Positions 54,598 through 64,000 of a stretch of 64,000 nt of DNA are shown in pieces. The notes beneath the pieces are model-generated. The model was not told the origin of the DNA, did no database searches, and saw only the letters and a list, made by a program, of their open reading frames with translations. The stretch is from NCBI GenBank assembly GCA_045635225.1, contig JAZRBV010000073.1, positions 13,864 through 77,863 of the forward strand, in the 5' to 3' direction. The translations under genes were made by a program, and so were the position numbers. Position 1 is the first letter of the stretch; each line of letters begins with the position of its first letter. Origin of the DNA: Eubacteriales bacterium. GTDB taxonomy: Bacteria; Bacillota; Clostridia; Oscillospirales; CAG-272.

Positions 54598-55464
54598 ATG
54601 AATAATATTTTGGATAACATTCGCCCGTTTGTAAGATACGCGCATTTGATAACGTTAAACGATTTTCTGTCTTCTAAGAAAATGGTTGCTTACGATTTCA
54701 GACTTTTTTACGTTGTTGAAGGGCGTGGAAAGATAATAGTAAACGATGAGGAATATGACGTTTGCCACGGCTCCTTGATCGTGTGGCATCCCGGACTTGA
54801 ATACTCGATTTTTAATGAGGATGGCAGGGATTTAGTGCTCGCGGGCTTCAACTTTGATTTGGATTTTTTAAACAGCGATAGAAAAGCGCCAATCCTGCCA
54901 AGCAGGCTCGAAAACTACAAAGAGGAAAATATGCTTTTGCCAAAAGGATTCTCCTCGGAGCATCCTTTTTACGAGGTTGTATGCATACATCGGGCGTTTG
55001 AATTTGAGACGGAGCTTATACGTATGGTTTCAGACTATAAAAACAAGCTTCGCTACTATGAGCACAAGCTCTCGGGCAGGCTCCTTTCAATTCTCGTCGA
55101 CCTTATCGATAGGGAAGGTAAGGGGGGAGATGGATACTATGACAACGACAAGATAGAAAAAATACTCGCTGTAATAAAGGAAAATTACAGCGGTCCTCTT
55201 TCAAATGAGATAATAGCTGAAAGGCTTGGATATCATAAAAATCACGTAAACCGACTTATGGTTTTTCATACGGGAACGTCGCTTCACCGTTATCTGCAGA
55301 ATTACAGATTGGAGAGGGCGATAGAGCTTCTTGACACTACCAACTATCAGATCTCAGAGATAGCTACGATGGTTGGATTTGATGATTTTTCGCACTTCTC
55401 CAAATATTTTAAGAAGCGAATAGGCTATCCTCCGAGTGCTCTTCGCAGACTCGTAAATAAATAA
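54598..55464 (+). CDS. AraC family transcriptional regulator
   Basis: C-terminal AraC HTH (IAERLGYHKNHVNRLMVFHTGTSLHRYLQNYRLERAIELL...VGFDDFSHFSKYFKKRIGYPPSA). Confidence 0.88.
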   Translation: MNNILDNIRPFVRYAHLITLNDFLSSKKMVAYDFRLFYVVEGRGKIIVNDEEYDVCHGSLIVWHPGLEYSIFNEDGRDLVLAGFNFDLDFLNSDRKAPILPSRLENYKEENMLLPKGFSSEHPFYEVVCIHRAFEFETELIRMVSDYKNKLRYYEHKLSGRLLSILVDLIDREGKGGDGYYDNDKIEKILAVIKENYSGPLSNEIIAERLGYHKNHVNRLMVFHTGTSLHRYLQNYRLERAIELLDTTNYQISEIATMVGFDDFSHFSKYFKKRIGYPPSALRRLVNK

Positions 55465-55466
55465 AG

Positions 55467-55508
55467 AAGACCGATTTGAGATGTTCGCCTTTATCTCAAA
55501 TCGGTCTT
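55467..55508. terminator. Bidirectional 16-bp hairpin terminator
   Basis: aagaccgatttgagat / atctcaaatcggtctt. Confidence 0.8.
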
Positions 55509-55523
55509 TAAAATTGTAATATG

Positions 55524-56996
55524 TTAATCTATTTTTACATTTTTGCGCTTCATAACGCGTTCTGCTATATCGTCGAATGACTCTGTCGGGTCTTCAAATA
55601 TAGAGGAGCACATAGCGAATGGCGCCCAGAGCGCGCCGTCAAACAGTCCTGCCATACACAGGTTGATACGACCGTCGGTGAGCTTGTAGGCGTACTCTGC
55701 AACCTTTCGTGCATATTCACCGTAGCGGAGCCATGCGGCGGTATATCTGCGCCATGAGTCGGAGCGAAGCCGTCTATCGTGCTCGAGGAGCAGGGGAGAG
55801 CCATCGCCGAGAATGAACGGACCTCTCTGGTGTACGAAGCGACTGCGACTCCAATCCAGAATTGCAAAGCCCTTGAAGACGAGTCCCGTACGTGCGTCGT
55901 CTCCGCGAAGCTTGATTATCTTTTCTGTAAAGCTGAGCGCCGAGTTAAGCTCCTCTTCGCTAACGTGTTGCGGCATATATGCATAAGGGAACGCACCGCA
56001 ATCCTCCCACACGATCTCGATCCTTTTATCTACAGCGGCAATCTTGTCGAGCTCGTTTTTGACCGATGTCGCGTGAAGACCGAATTGAATATGGAGCTCG
56101 GGATCGCGCTCGTAGAGTGCCTCTGCGACATCGTTTACGAGTGCGACCACCGCCTCTGCGATGCTCCTGTTACCGATCTTATCGACGTTTTTCTCGGTGA
56201 AGGATTGGAAGTATATTCCGTCACCGAGACCGCGCCACACGGTGTCGTATTGCTCCACTATCTGCTTTTTCAGATTCTTTAGCGTCTCGGGCTCGATATC
56301 TTTTGCGTTCTCACATTGCCCCTCGCACCAGCCCCAGGCATAGCCCCATATCACCTCTATTCCGAAGGAATGTGCGTATTCCACGATTTCTTTAGCGTTG
56401 ATGGGGGCGTAATCGTTCCATAGTATTATCTGGTTTATACCTACTCGAGCGGAATCGGATATAAATCCGCGATAATCGTTTATCGGGTGACCCCAGGCGA
56501 ATATCGACCTCGTTTCTATTTTCGGACGTCTGACTATGAGAGCCTCCGCAAGGGGTGCCGTATATAGCTCGTGTCTTAAAATGAGAGAGCCGCTTTTCGG
56601 GGAGTGTATCATCGAATAATCGTCGATGAAAGTTGCCGCCGCAAGGTAAAGGTGCTTCGCACATCTGGCGGCTATGACTACGATACTGCCGCCGGCGCAA
56701 GAGGGATTTCTTAAAACCTTAACGGCGTATGCACCGTCGGGAAGCTCGCTCTCTGATATAAATCTACGCACCAGTGAACTTTCGCCGTATGTGCCTATCA
56801 CTATCGCGCTGTGCTCTATCACCGTGTTTTCACTCTCTCGCTCGCAGGGCAGAACGTGTAGCCTATACACCTCGGGTTCGCGTATTATACGCTCGCCTGC
56901 CTCGCGGGATATCAGCTCTATCGCACGCCTTTCCACGCCCTCATATTGCGAGTAAATTATCTTCCACGAGGTTGGTCTGTTATATTGAGTATCCAT
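55524..56996 (-). CDS. Hypothetical protein, probable TIM-barrel carbohydrate-active enzyme (family unknown)
   Basis: 490-aa clean ORF with no signal peptide. It sits among glycan genes. A 3' remnant of a paralog lies at 51982-52046. Confidence 0.6.
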   Translation of the reverse strand: MDTQYNRPTSWKIIYSQYEGVERRAIELISREAGERIIREPEVYRLHVLPCERESENTVIEHSAIVIGTYGESSLVRRFISESELPDGAYAVKVLRNPSCAGGSIVVIAARCAKHLYLAAATFIDDYSMIHSPKSGSLILRHELYTAPLAEALIVRRPKIETRSIFAWGHPINDYRGFISDSARVGINQIILWNDYAPINAKEIVEYAHSFGIEVIWGYAWGWCEGQCENAKDIEPETLKNLKKQIVEQYDTVWRGLGDGIYFQSFTEKNVDKIGNRSIAEAVVALVNDVAEALYERDPELHIQFGLHATSVKNELDKIAAVDKRIEIVWEDCGAFPYAYMPQHVSEEELNSALSFTEKIIKLRGDDARTGLVFKGFAILDWSRSRFVHQRGPFILGDGSPLLLEHDRRLRSDSWRRYTAAWLRYGEYARKVAEYAYKLTDGRINLCMAGLFDGALWAPFAMCSSIFEDPTESFDDIAERVMKRKNVKID

Positions 56997-57064
56997 ATTC
57001 CCAGTGCTCCTTTCAGCTGTTGTTTTTTTAAATTTCCTACATTATATAATATATTGTACCTCTG

Positions 57065-57955
57065 TTACAGATTGCATAGCACCGCGCTTATCACTGCGAG
57101 CAGTATTCCCACTACGCTGAGTGCGCGTATCCTATCACGGAAAAACAGCGCGTCCGTCAGCAGCGTCAGAGGCATGGACATCGCGTAGGAGAGAGGGAAC
57201 AGAACCTCACTGTGTAGCAGACCGGAAGCCAAGGTGTGCAGATACTGTGCTCCGTATAATCCTATAATAGCGATGATAATGTAAACTATAATTAGCGTTT
57301 TGGGGACTTTTGTGTCGTTTTCTGTATTGTTTGCGCCTTTTTTAAACATTCTCAGCAGAATATAGATGATCACCAGTACGGGTATTGTCGTTGCAAACGA
57401 TACCGTATTAAAGTCGGCGGCTGTACCGCCTCCGTACGCCGCATACAGCTTTTGTGACAGAACGCATCCCGCGTTTGCCGCGCCTGCGAGCAGTAGCATA
57501 GGCAGAGCTGAGATAGAGGTAGATCCGCCCGAGCTGCGCGGAAACAGCAGCAACGCCGCCGGCAACAGCAGTGCTGCCCCGACCCACGCGAGCACGCCGA
57601 CCGTCTCTCCGCTGAGGAATAACGGTGTCACCAGCATAGGCACTATCACGCCGCCTGCCATGCAGAATATCTCGACCGTGCACAGCGATGCGTGCTCGGC
57701 CGCGAGCACCCATGAGAAGAGGAGTAGGGCGTTCGCTACGCCGTATCCGACGGCGATCCATACCCCCACCGCGCTCATTTCCCTAAAGCCGATTGCACAG
57801 GAAACCGCAATGGATATCAAAAGACACCCCAGCGAACGTATAAGATTTATCCGCAGGCTATTTTCACTGCCGGACGCGATGTTACCGCATTTTTTCATAG
57901 CGATCATTTTCAAGATAGCGGAAAGCTTTGAAAGAAATAAAAACAAGTAACCCAT
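57065..57955 (-). CDS. Polytopic membrane transporter (DMT/EamA-like)
   Basis: About 10 hydrophobic helices. Start at ATG 57955 (RBS aagggag) rather than 58021. Confidence 0.6.
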   Translation of the reverse strand: MGYLFLFLSKLSAILKMIAMKKCGNIASGSENSLRINLIRSLGCLLISIAVSCAIGFREMSAVGVWIAVGYGVANALLLFSWVLAAEHASLCTVEIFCMAGGVIVPMLVTPLFLSGETVGVLAWVGAALLLPAALLLFPRSSGGSTSISALPMLLLAGAANAGCVLSQKLYAAYGGGTAADFNTVSFATTIPVLVIIYILLRMFKKGANNTENDTKVPKTLIIVYIIIAIIGLYGAQYLHTLASGLLHSEVLFPLSYAMSMPLTLLTDALFFRDRIRALSVVGILLAVISAVLCNL

Positions 57956-58101
57956 AGAAGAATCTCCCTTCGTGATAATTATATACCCATCTCTCGCCGT
58001 TTTCAAGTAACTAACTGACAAAAAAATATAATTTTTCGAAACTGTTGACTATTTCCGTGCGTTGTGATAAACTGTAAAAAAACCACTGTGGGAGCCGAAA
58101 A

Positions 58102-58911
58102 ATGAAGCTGTGTGAATTTTACAAAACCGATTATCGCATCTCATTCGTCAACTGCCTCAGGCAGTATTGGCGACAGAGCAAGATGTGGACCTGCATCGGT
58201 GAGCCGAAGGAAAAACATCTTTTGTTCCTTCTCGACGGTTGCTCCGCACGTTACGATCTTTTGGACGGTCGCGTCCTGCATGTGAGTGCCGGCGATGTAG
58301 TATACGTGCCACGCGGCAGTCAGTACACCGTCACCTTCTCGGATTTTGAGTCCGAGCGCTCCGGCACCGTCGGCGTCAACTTTGATATAGAAAGCGGTAC
58401 GGAGCCTGAGCCGAACGGTATCGAAATATTCACGCTGCCCTCCGCCCGTCCCATCTTTTCCGAGATCGAACTACACGCGCGCTCGCTCTGCCGTGTACCC
58501 TCGCGCTACAATGTGGGTATTTATAATCTTATCTCGCTTCTCGGAGAATGCAGTAACAACAGTCGGGTGATGGAAGGCTTCGGCCTCATCGGCACCGGAG
58601 TCGAATACCTGCACTCACATCTTGCCGAGGACACATCCGTCGAGAGCCTCGCCGCAATGTGTAACATCAGCGAGGTGTATTTCCGACGTCTCTTTCACAA
58701 GTGTATGGGTGCCTCCCCTGCGGGATACAGATTGAATCTTCGTCTCGAGCGCGCCTGCGAGTATCTGGTGCATACCGAGAATAAGGTCGCGGAGATAGGA
58801 ATCTTGCTCGGCTTCGGTGACACCTCCTACTTCATCAAGCGCTTCAGAGAAAGGTATTTCGTCTCGCCGCGCGTATACCGCGAGCAAAATTCTAATAAAT
58901 TAGAAAGTTGA
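58102..58911 (+). CDS. AraC family transcriptional regulator
   Basis: C-terminal AraC HTH (LAAMCNISEVYFRRLFHKCMGASPAGYRLNLRLERACEYL...LGFGDTSYFIKRFRERY). Confidence 0.88.
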   Translation: MKLCEFYKTDYRISFVNCLRQYWRQSKMWTCIGEPKEKHLLFLLDGCSARYDLLDGRVLHVSAGDVVYVPRGSQYTVTFSDFESERSGTVGVNFDIESGTEPEPNGIEIFTLPSARPIFSEIELHARSLCRVPSRYNVGIYNLISLLGECSNNSRVMEGFGLIGTGVEYLHSHLAEDTSVESLAAMCNISEVYFRRLFHKCMGASPAGYRLNLRLERACEYLVHTENKVAEIGILLGFGDTSYFIKRFRERYFVSPRVYREQNSNKLES

Positions 58912-59065
58912 TCTTCTTTCGGTTGATGTTCACAAAATCGCAACCTGATTTTTGTGCACACTATACAAAATCTCAATTCAAAAATCGGCAAAATGACGAT
59001 TGGAAATTTCCTTTGAATCTGTTATAATGTTAGCGTTAGAAAATTTATTTTAAGGAGAAAACAAA

Positions 59066-60199
59066 ATGGCAGGTCTTTCACTCAGACACATTTACAAGAA
59101 GTATCCCGGCGGCGTTACCGCCGTATCCGACTTCAACCTTGAGATCAAGGATAAGGAGTTCCTTATCTTCGTCGGTCCCTCCGGTTGCGGTAAGTCCACT
59201 ACACTTCGTATGATCGCAGGACTTGAGGAGATCACCGAGGGTGAGCTCTACATCGGCGACAGATACGTAAACGATATCGCTCCTAAGGACAGAGATATCG
59301 CGATGGTGTTCCAGAACTACGCTCTTTACCCCCATATGACCGTTTTCGATAACATGGCGTTCGGTCTTAAGCTCCGCAAGGTTCCGAAGGAGGAGATCAA
59401 GAGACGCGTTGAGGAGGCTGCAAGAATCCTTGACATCAACCATCTTCTTGAGCGCCGTCCCAAGGCTCTTTCCGGTGGTCAGAAGCAGAGAGTTGCTCTC
59501 GGCCGTGCTATCGTTCGTAACCCCAAGGTATTCCTTCTTGACGAGCCGCTCTCCAACCTCGATGCTAAGCTTCGTGCGAGCATGAGAACCGAGCTTACCA
59601 AGCTTCACAAGAAGGTTGAGACCACCTTCATCTACGTTACTCACGACCAGGTCGAGGCTATGACCATGGCGACCCGTATCGTTGTTATGAGAGACGGTAT
59701 CATCCAGCAGGTAGATACTCCTCAGAACCTCTATGACGCTCCCTGCAATCTCTTCGTTGCAGGCTTCATAGGCACTCCTCAGATGAACTTCCTTACCGGT
59801 AAGCTTGTCAAGCACGACAACGACCTCTATGCTACTCTCGGTACCACCGAGGTCAAGCTTCCTCCCGAGAAGTCCAACAACCCCGATCTCAAGGAGTACA
59901 TCGGTCAGGAGGTTATCTTCGGTATCCGTCCTGAGGCTATCCACGACGAGCCCATGTACCTCCAGACTCTTGCTGACACCACCATGGAAGTTGACGTTGA
60001 CGTCACCGAGCTTATGGGTGCAGAGATCTATCTCTACCTCGGCTTCGACGGCATGGAGGATGCAACCAACGGTAAGAATATTATCGCTCGTGTTTCCTCT
60101 CGCTCCAAGGCACAGGCAGGCGACAAGATCAAGGTTGCTATCGATACCTCCCGTATCCACATCTTTGACAAGGATACCGAGAAGTGCATCTGCCACTAA
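59066..60199 (+). CDS. Sugar ABC transporter ATP-binding protein (MsmX/MalK/UgpC type), orphan
   Basis: GPSGCGKST (Walker A), [14 protein letters not shown] (signature), [11 protein letters not shown] (Walker B) and a C-terminal TOBE-like domain. No permease or binding-protein genes are adjacent. Confidence 0.92.
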   Translation: MAGLSLRHIYKKYPGGVTAVSDFNLEIKDKEFLIFVGPSGCGKSTTLRMIAGLEEITEGELYIGDRYVNDIAPKDRDIAMVFQNYALYPHMTVFDNMAFGLKLRKVPKEEIKRRVEEAARILDINHLLERRPKALSGGQKQRVALGRAIVRNPKVFLLDEPLSNLDAKLRASMRTELTKLHKKVETTFIYVTHDQVEAMTMATRIVVMRDGIIQQVDTPQNLYDAPCNLFVAGFIGTPQMNFLTGKLVKHDNDLYATLGTTEVKLPPEKSNNPDLKEYIGQEVIFGIRPEAIHDEPMYLQTLADTTMEVDVDVTELMGAEIYLYLGFDGMEDATNGKNIIARVSSRSKAQAGDKIKVAIDTSRIHIFDKDTEKCICH

Positions 60200-60214
60200 T
60201 TCTGCTATTTTCCG

Positions 60215-60246
60215 GGTTGCCGACACACAGTCGGCAACCTTTTTTC
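60215..60246 (+). terminator. Rho-independent terminator
   Basis: ggttgccga / tcggcaacc stem followed by TTTTTTC. Confidence 0.75.
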
Positions 60247-60459
60247 TTTTGCTTGAAACGGGGAAAATGCGCCGTTTTGTAATCTCTTGCTTTCATTTTG
60301 CAGGTATTTGCGGATATTTTCACCGAAAATGGGGTGTGCGGTGCGTGTCCTCTTGTCTCAAATGCACCAGAAAAGCGCATAAGTGGGGGATCAAGGCCGA
60401 AAAAAGTGCAAAAAACGAAAAAAATTTAAAAAAATTTGCCAAAAAATTGCCGATAACTA

Positions 60460-60488
60460 TTGACGACCCTATATTAATTTGCTATAAT
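60460..60488 (+). promoter_or_regulatory. Near-consensus sigma-A promoter preceded by phased A-tracts
   Basis: TTGACG (60460-60465), 17 nt, TATAAT (60483-60488). A6-A7 tracts start at 60400, 60410, 60418, 60428 and 60441. Confidence 0.65.
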
Positions 60489-60531
60489 ATTACTGTAATT
60501 GATTACCGCTATGCGGAGAAAGAGGAAAATC

Positions 60532-62244
60532 ATGTCCGAAGTTAATACAATGTCTAAGAAAGAGATCAACGCTAAGGTGGCGGAGCTCTACAATACCATC
60601 AAGGAAAATAAGAAGAAGGCGGCAGAGCAGTTAGGTCTTTACAAGGCTGCGGCTAAGGATGTTGCCTCCTCCGCAAAGTACTATGAGTCGGCTAAGAAGT
60701 CCTTCGAGAAGAAGGCTAACGCTAAGAATTCCGAGAAGTTCGAGGCTGCACGTGCCGAGCTTCTTAACAACGCACAGGTATACCAGACCGTTGCCAACAA
60801 TATCAACTATCTTGCAAATGCTATCCGTGAGGATTATGCTAACATAGCTAATCTTCTTCCCGAGAAGAAGGCTGCGAAGTACACCGCAGAGTGCGACAAG
60901 TACACCGCTGACCTCACCGATCGCGTACTTAACGTTCAGTCCATCACCGACGGCATCACTCTTCCCGTTGTTGAGGTTGCAGTAGAGGCGGCTCCCGTAG
61001 AGGAGGCACCCGTAGCGCCTGCAGTGGAAGAGGTAGTGGAAGAGGCTCCTGTTGAGGAGGCTCCCGCAGAGGAGGCTGCTCCCGAGGCAGAGGTAGTTCC
61101 CGCTCCCGCAGAGTATCCTGCAGCAGAGCTCGAGCTTGAGCCTAAGATCGCTCCCGTTACCGTTGATGTTTCCGCTGTTGTTGAGAAGGCTATCGCTGCT
61201 ACTATGCAGAAGTTCGTTCTCGCATTCGATAAGCGTATCGAGAAGTTCCTCGAGAACCATCCCGTAAATATTCCCGTAGGCGAGGCACAGGTAGTAGCCG
61301 CTCCTGCAGCAGCACAGACTCCCGCACTCGTTTCCAGAACCTACGGTGCTGACGAGATCGCAGATCTTGAGAAGACCATTCTTGAGGATGAGCAGTTCCT
61401 TATCGACAAGCTCACCGCTATGATGGATAGCCTCAAGTCCCTTACCGCAGATATGGCAGACCTTACCGCAGCTTATTCCACTCTCGCTGAGAGACAGGCA
61501 GAGGCAGGTGACCTTCAGAAGCAGACCAACGATATGCAGCGTCACACTCTTCGTGAACAGCAGGGTATCCAGGTTAACCAGAGAGTTATCGGTCAGGATC
61601 AGGTTACCATTGCTCAGGAGCAGACTCTTCTTCTCGAGCAGCAGAAGTCTATGTCCGAGCGTCAGCAGGCTCTCACCGAGGCTCAGCAGAGCATGGAGGA
61701 GACTCAGCGCGTAGTTGTTGAGACCCAGTCCACTCTTGAAGAGGCTATGAAGTCTGTAATGCAGGCACAGAAGGATATAATCGGCGTACAGCAGACCATC
61801 ATCAACGGCAACAATAAGAATGCCGAGCTCCAGGCTGAGATCGCAGAGCGCCAGGCTGAGGTTCTTGCAGCACAGAAGGAGGCTCTCACCTCTCAGAAGC
61901 AGGTTCTTCGTGAGCAGAGATCCACTCTCGATAAGCAGAAGGATGTTGAAGCAGGCACTCCCAAGAAGAAGACAAGAGCTCGCAAGGCAGCTGAAGAGAC
62001 CGTTGAGGCTTCTGAGGCAGTAGCTGAGGAAGCTGTAGAGGCTCCCGTTGAGGTTGTAGCTGAGGAGACTGCAGAGGCTCCCGTTGAGGTTGTAGCTGAG
62101 GAGACCGCAGAGGCTCCCGTTGAGGCTGTAGCTGAGGAGACCGCAGAGGCTCCCGTTGAGGCTGTAGCTGAGGAGACCGCAGAGGCTCCCGCTGAGGAGG
62201 CTAACATTGAGGAGCTTTCCGCAGAGGAAGAGTTCAACGCATAA
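60532..62244 (+). CDS. Acidic Ala/Glu/Pro/Val-rich coiled-coil protein with C-terminal tandem repeats (unknown function)
   Basis: Start at ATG 60532 (RBS agagga). The protein has an EEAPVEEAP low-complexity tract, a Gln-rich heptad-like region and four copies of APVE(V/A)VAEETAE. The terminator at 62276-62321 follows. Confidence 0.75.
   Translation: MSEVNTMSKKEINAKVAELYNTIKENKKKAAEQLGLYKAAAKDVASSAKYYESAKKSFEKKANAKNSEKFEAARAELLNNAQVYQTVANNINYLANAIREDYANIANLLPEKKAAKYTAECDKYTADLTDRVLNVQSITDGITLPVVEVAVEAAPVEEAPVAPAVEEVVEEAPVEEAPAEEAAPEAEVVPAPAEYPAAELELEPKIAPVTVDVSAVVEKAIAATMQKFVLAFDKRIEKFLENHPVNIPVGEAQVVAAPAAAQTPALVSRTYGADEIADLEKTILEDEQFLIDKLTAMMDSLKSLTADMADLTAAYSTLAERQAEAGDLQKQTNDMQRHTLREQQGIQVNQRVIGQDQVTIAQEQTLLLEQQKSMSERQQALTEAQQSMEETQRVVVETQSTLEEAMKSVMQAQKDIIGVQQTIINGNNKNAELQAEIAERQAEVLAAQKEALTSQKQVLREQRSTLDKQKDVEAGTPKKKTRARKAAEETVEASEAVAEEAVEAPVEVVAEETAEAPVEVVAEETAEAPVEAVAEETAEAPVEAVAEETAEAPAEEANIEELSAEEEFNA
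62041..62200 (+). repeat. In-frame 36-nt tandem repeat, about 4.4 copies
   Basis: The unit gctcccgttgaggttgtagctgaggagactgcagag repeats at 62041, 62077, 62113 and 62149, with a few substitutions. Confidence 0.9.
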
Positions 62245-62275
62245 TTAACACCGTCGGCTCTCTGCCGAGGTAAAG

Positions 62276-62321
62276 AAAAAGCAACTGCCGCTACCCGAGT
62301 CGGGTAAGGCAGTTGCTTTTT
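62276..62321 (+). terminator. Rho-independent terminator (nested hairpin)
   Basis: aaaaagcaactgcc ... ggcagttgcttttt, with inner tacccga-g-tcgggta. Confidence 0.8.
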
Positions 62322-62412
62322 AAAATATTGCACGCTTTTGTGCATGTCGGATATGTGAATTGTACGGTGCAGACTGATCGGTGTGAGATATTCAATCTCC
62401 GACTGTCGGTGA

Positions 62413-62724
62413 TCAGAGAATTACAGCATCGTCGGAGGCTTCGATAGCTTCCATATCGTGCTGTGCCGCTACAAGCTGCACGTGGTATGCATCTATTATC
62501 TGCTCTTCCAGAGACGCTCTGAAATCAGCATTGATAGGATGCACGATATCGCGGTAGGTGCCGTCCGGATTTTTTCTCGAGGGCATTACGATGAAGTACC
62601 TCTCACGCGCATAGATCACCTTGATGTCGTGAACTGCGAGACAATCGTCAAACGTCACCGATACGATAGCCTTCATAGGTCCTTCATCAAAGAATTTTCT
62701 GATCTTGATGTCAGTCAACTGCAT
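62413..62724 (-). CDS. spoVG: Septation / sporulation regulator SpoVG
   Basis: MQLTDIKIRKFFDEGPMKAIVSVTFDDCLAVHDIKVI...FIVMPSRKNPDGTYRDIVHPIN is the typical SpoVG sequence. Confidence 0.93.
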   Translation of the reverse strand: MQLTDIKIRKFFDEGPMKAIVSVTFDDCLAVHDIKVIYARERYFIVMPSRKNPDGTYRDIVHPINADFRASLEEQIIDAYHVQLVAAQHDMEAIEASDDAVIL

Positions 62725-63021
62725 GATAACATTCCTTTCGTTAGTCTACTATGCTCTGTAAACGATATTACGTATATAGTATACAGCCTATATGGTAAAA
62801 TTATACACCTATATCGACTGCGATTTATTAAAGAATTGTAATAAAATTGTAAATAAATTACATTAACACCGAAAATGTCCATTATCTTTCCGAAAATCAA
62901 CTTTTTTTGATTAAAAAGTACATACTCACGCATAATTTGTGCCCTTGAATGTGAAATATATCACATAACCTTCGCGGATTCATACTATGTTAATGCCGGC
63001 AATACATAGAGAGGAGGGACT

Positions 63022-64000
63022 ATGCAGAAATCAAATATCAGCCAGGATAAGATACGACAGATACTCAAAGCTCCCGACACGGTGTTGCATTTCGTAGGGA
63101 TAGGCGGAGTATCTATGGCGTCGCTTGCTCATCTCGCACTTTTGCGAGGGATAAAGGTTACGGGCAGTGATCGCATCATCGGCAAAAATGCACATAAGCT
63201 CGTCGAGCTTGGAGCCTCTATACACGCAGGCCACGATGGCGCAAACGTCCCGGGGGCGACAGCACTCGTTTATTCTCACGCCATCGCACCGAACAATCCC
63301 GAGATGCTCTGTGCTCACACATTGGGCATACCGCTCATATCTCGCGCGAGATTTCTCGGTACGGTAATGCTTGATTATAAGAGTAGGATAGGTATATCCG
63401 GCACGCACGGTAAGAGCACCGTCACCTCAATGCTTAGCGAGATATTTACTCACGCCTCGATGGATCCCACCGTTCTTTCCGGCGCCGAGCTCTCGACGGG
63501 CGATGCCCTGCGCCGCGGCGGTAACTCATATCTTATATACGAGGCGTGCGAATATAAGGACTCGTTTCTGGAATTTAATCCCACCGTTACCGTGGGACTC
63601 AATCTCGAGCTCGATCACGTGGATTATTTTGAAAACATAGATGCACTGAAGCGCTCATTTACCAAGGCACTGGGCAGGGCAACCGACTTTTGCGTCATCA
63701 ACGGTGATGACGAGCACCTCGCCGATGTTGCCTACGACCTGAGGTGCAGGACTGTCAGCTACGGAGAGGGTGAGCGCACCGATTACCGATACCTCATCAA
63801 CACCTTTGGCGAGAGTGGATACGGATTCACTCTCTACCACTTTGGCACGTCCCTTGGCAGCTTTGTTCTGAATATGCAGGGCGTATATAATGTCTCCAAC
63901 GCCGTTGCGGCAATAGTTACTGCGCTTGAGCTCGGCGTGGATATTTCCGCAGTGCGCGAGGCGGTATCTAAATTCCGTACGGTACCTCGTAGGCTGGAGC
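63022..64000 (+). CDS. murC: UDP-N-acetylmuramate--L-alanine ligase (partial, runs off window)
   Basis: My own translation: MQKSNISQDKIRQILKAPDTVLHFVGIGGVSMASLAHLALLRGIKVTGSD...IGISGTHGKSTVTSML. RBS gaggaggg. It is not in the ORF track because no stop lies within the window. Confidence 0.88.
   Translation, partial: MQKSNISQDKIRQILKAPDTVLHFVGIGGVSMASLAHLALLRGIKVTGSDRIIGKNAHKLVELGASIHAGHDGANVPGATALVYSHAIAPNNPEMLCAHTLGIPLISRARFLGTVMLDYKSRIGISGTHGKSTVTSMLSEIFTHASMDPTVLSGAELSTGDALRRGGNSYLIYEACEYKDSFLEFNPTVTVGLNLELDHVDYFENIDALKRSFTKALGRATDFCVINGDDEHLADVAYDLRCRTVSYGEGERTDYRYLINTFGESGYGFTLYHFGTSLGSFVLNMQGVYNVSNAVAAIVTALELGVDISAVREAVSKFRTVPRRLE

Noticed and set aside
62041-62200. 36-nt tandem repeats considered as a CRISPR or minisatellite locus.
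   Set aside because: The repeats are contiguous with no spacers, in frame, and lie inside a long ORF that has an RBS and a terminator. This is a protein-coding tandem repeat.

Overview
The window looks like a 64-kb chromosomal segment from a spore-forming Firmicute of class Clostridia. That assignment is an inference from spoIVA, spoVG, a T-box leader on serS, the gene order, and a GC content of roughly 50-58% in most genes by eye. It is densely coded, with about 55 CDS on both strands. Housekeeping genes are serS, ruvX, thiI, gpsA, rimO, pgsA, tldD/pmbA, pgk, tpiA, murC, spoIVA and spoVG. They are interleaved with several glycan-catabolism modules whose proteins lack signal peptides: two heparinase II/III-like proteins, a KdgF-like cupin, GH116, GH39-like and WbsX/GH99-like enzymes, an SGNH esterase, three AraC regulators and an orphan MsmX-like ATPase. 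RNA features are tmRNA (ssrA), tRNA-Gln(UUG), tRNA-Ser(GCU) and a T-box leader, plus several near-consensus sigma-A promoters and many hairpin terminators. I saw no CRISPR array, transposase, integrase or recognisable defence system. The best candidate for an undescribed system is a translationally coupled minus-strand operon (36861->33047): Cof-type HAD hydrolase, radical SAM/SPASM enzyme with a ~160-aa N-terminal extension, a two-TM membrane protein whose predicted cytoplasmic tail carries S-(C-A)5-GGGRAGCS, and a small unknown protein. The second notable signal is that all three tRNA-like genes are followed by a perfect hairpin and then an inverted degenerate copy of their own 3' end. At tRNA-Gln and tRNA-Ser there is also a short tandem duplication that includes a remnant of the tRNA 3' part. 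Other items are a putative DUF5685-like / Cys-rich J-domain / membrane-protein trio, a ~40-aa insertion in Pgk, a 3' gene remnant showing paralog duplication, an acidic coiled-coil protein with 36-nt tandem repeats behind a strong promoter, and a low-GC lipoprotein gene beside tRNA-Ser. All functional calls rest on motif recognition by eye; no database search was run.
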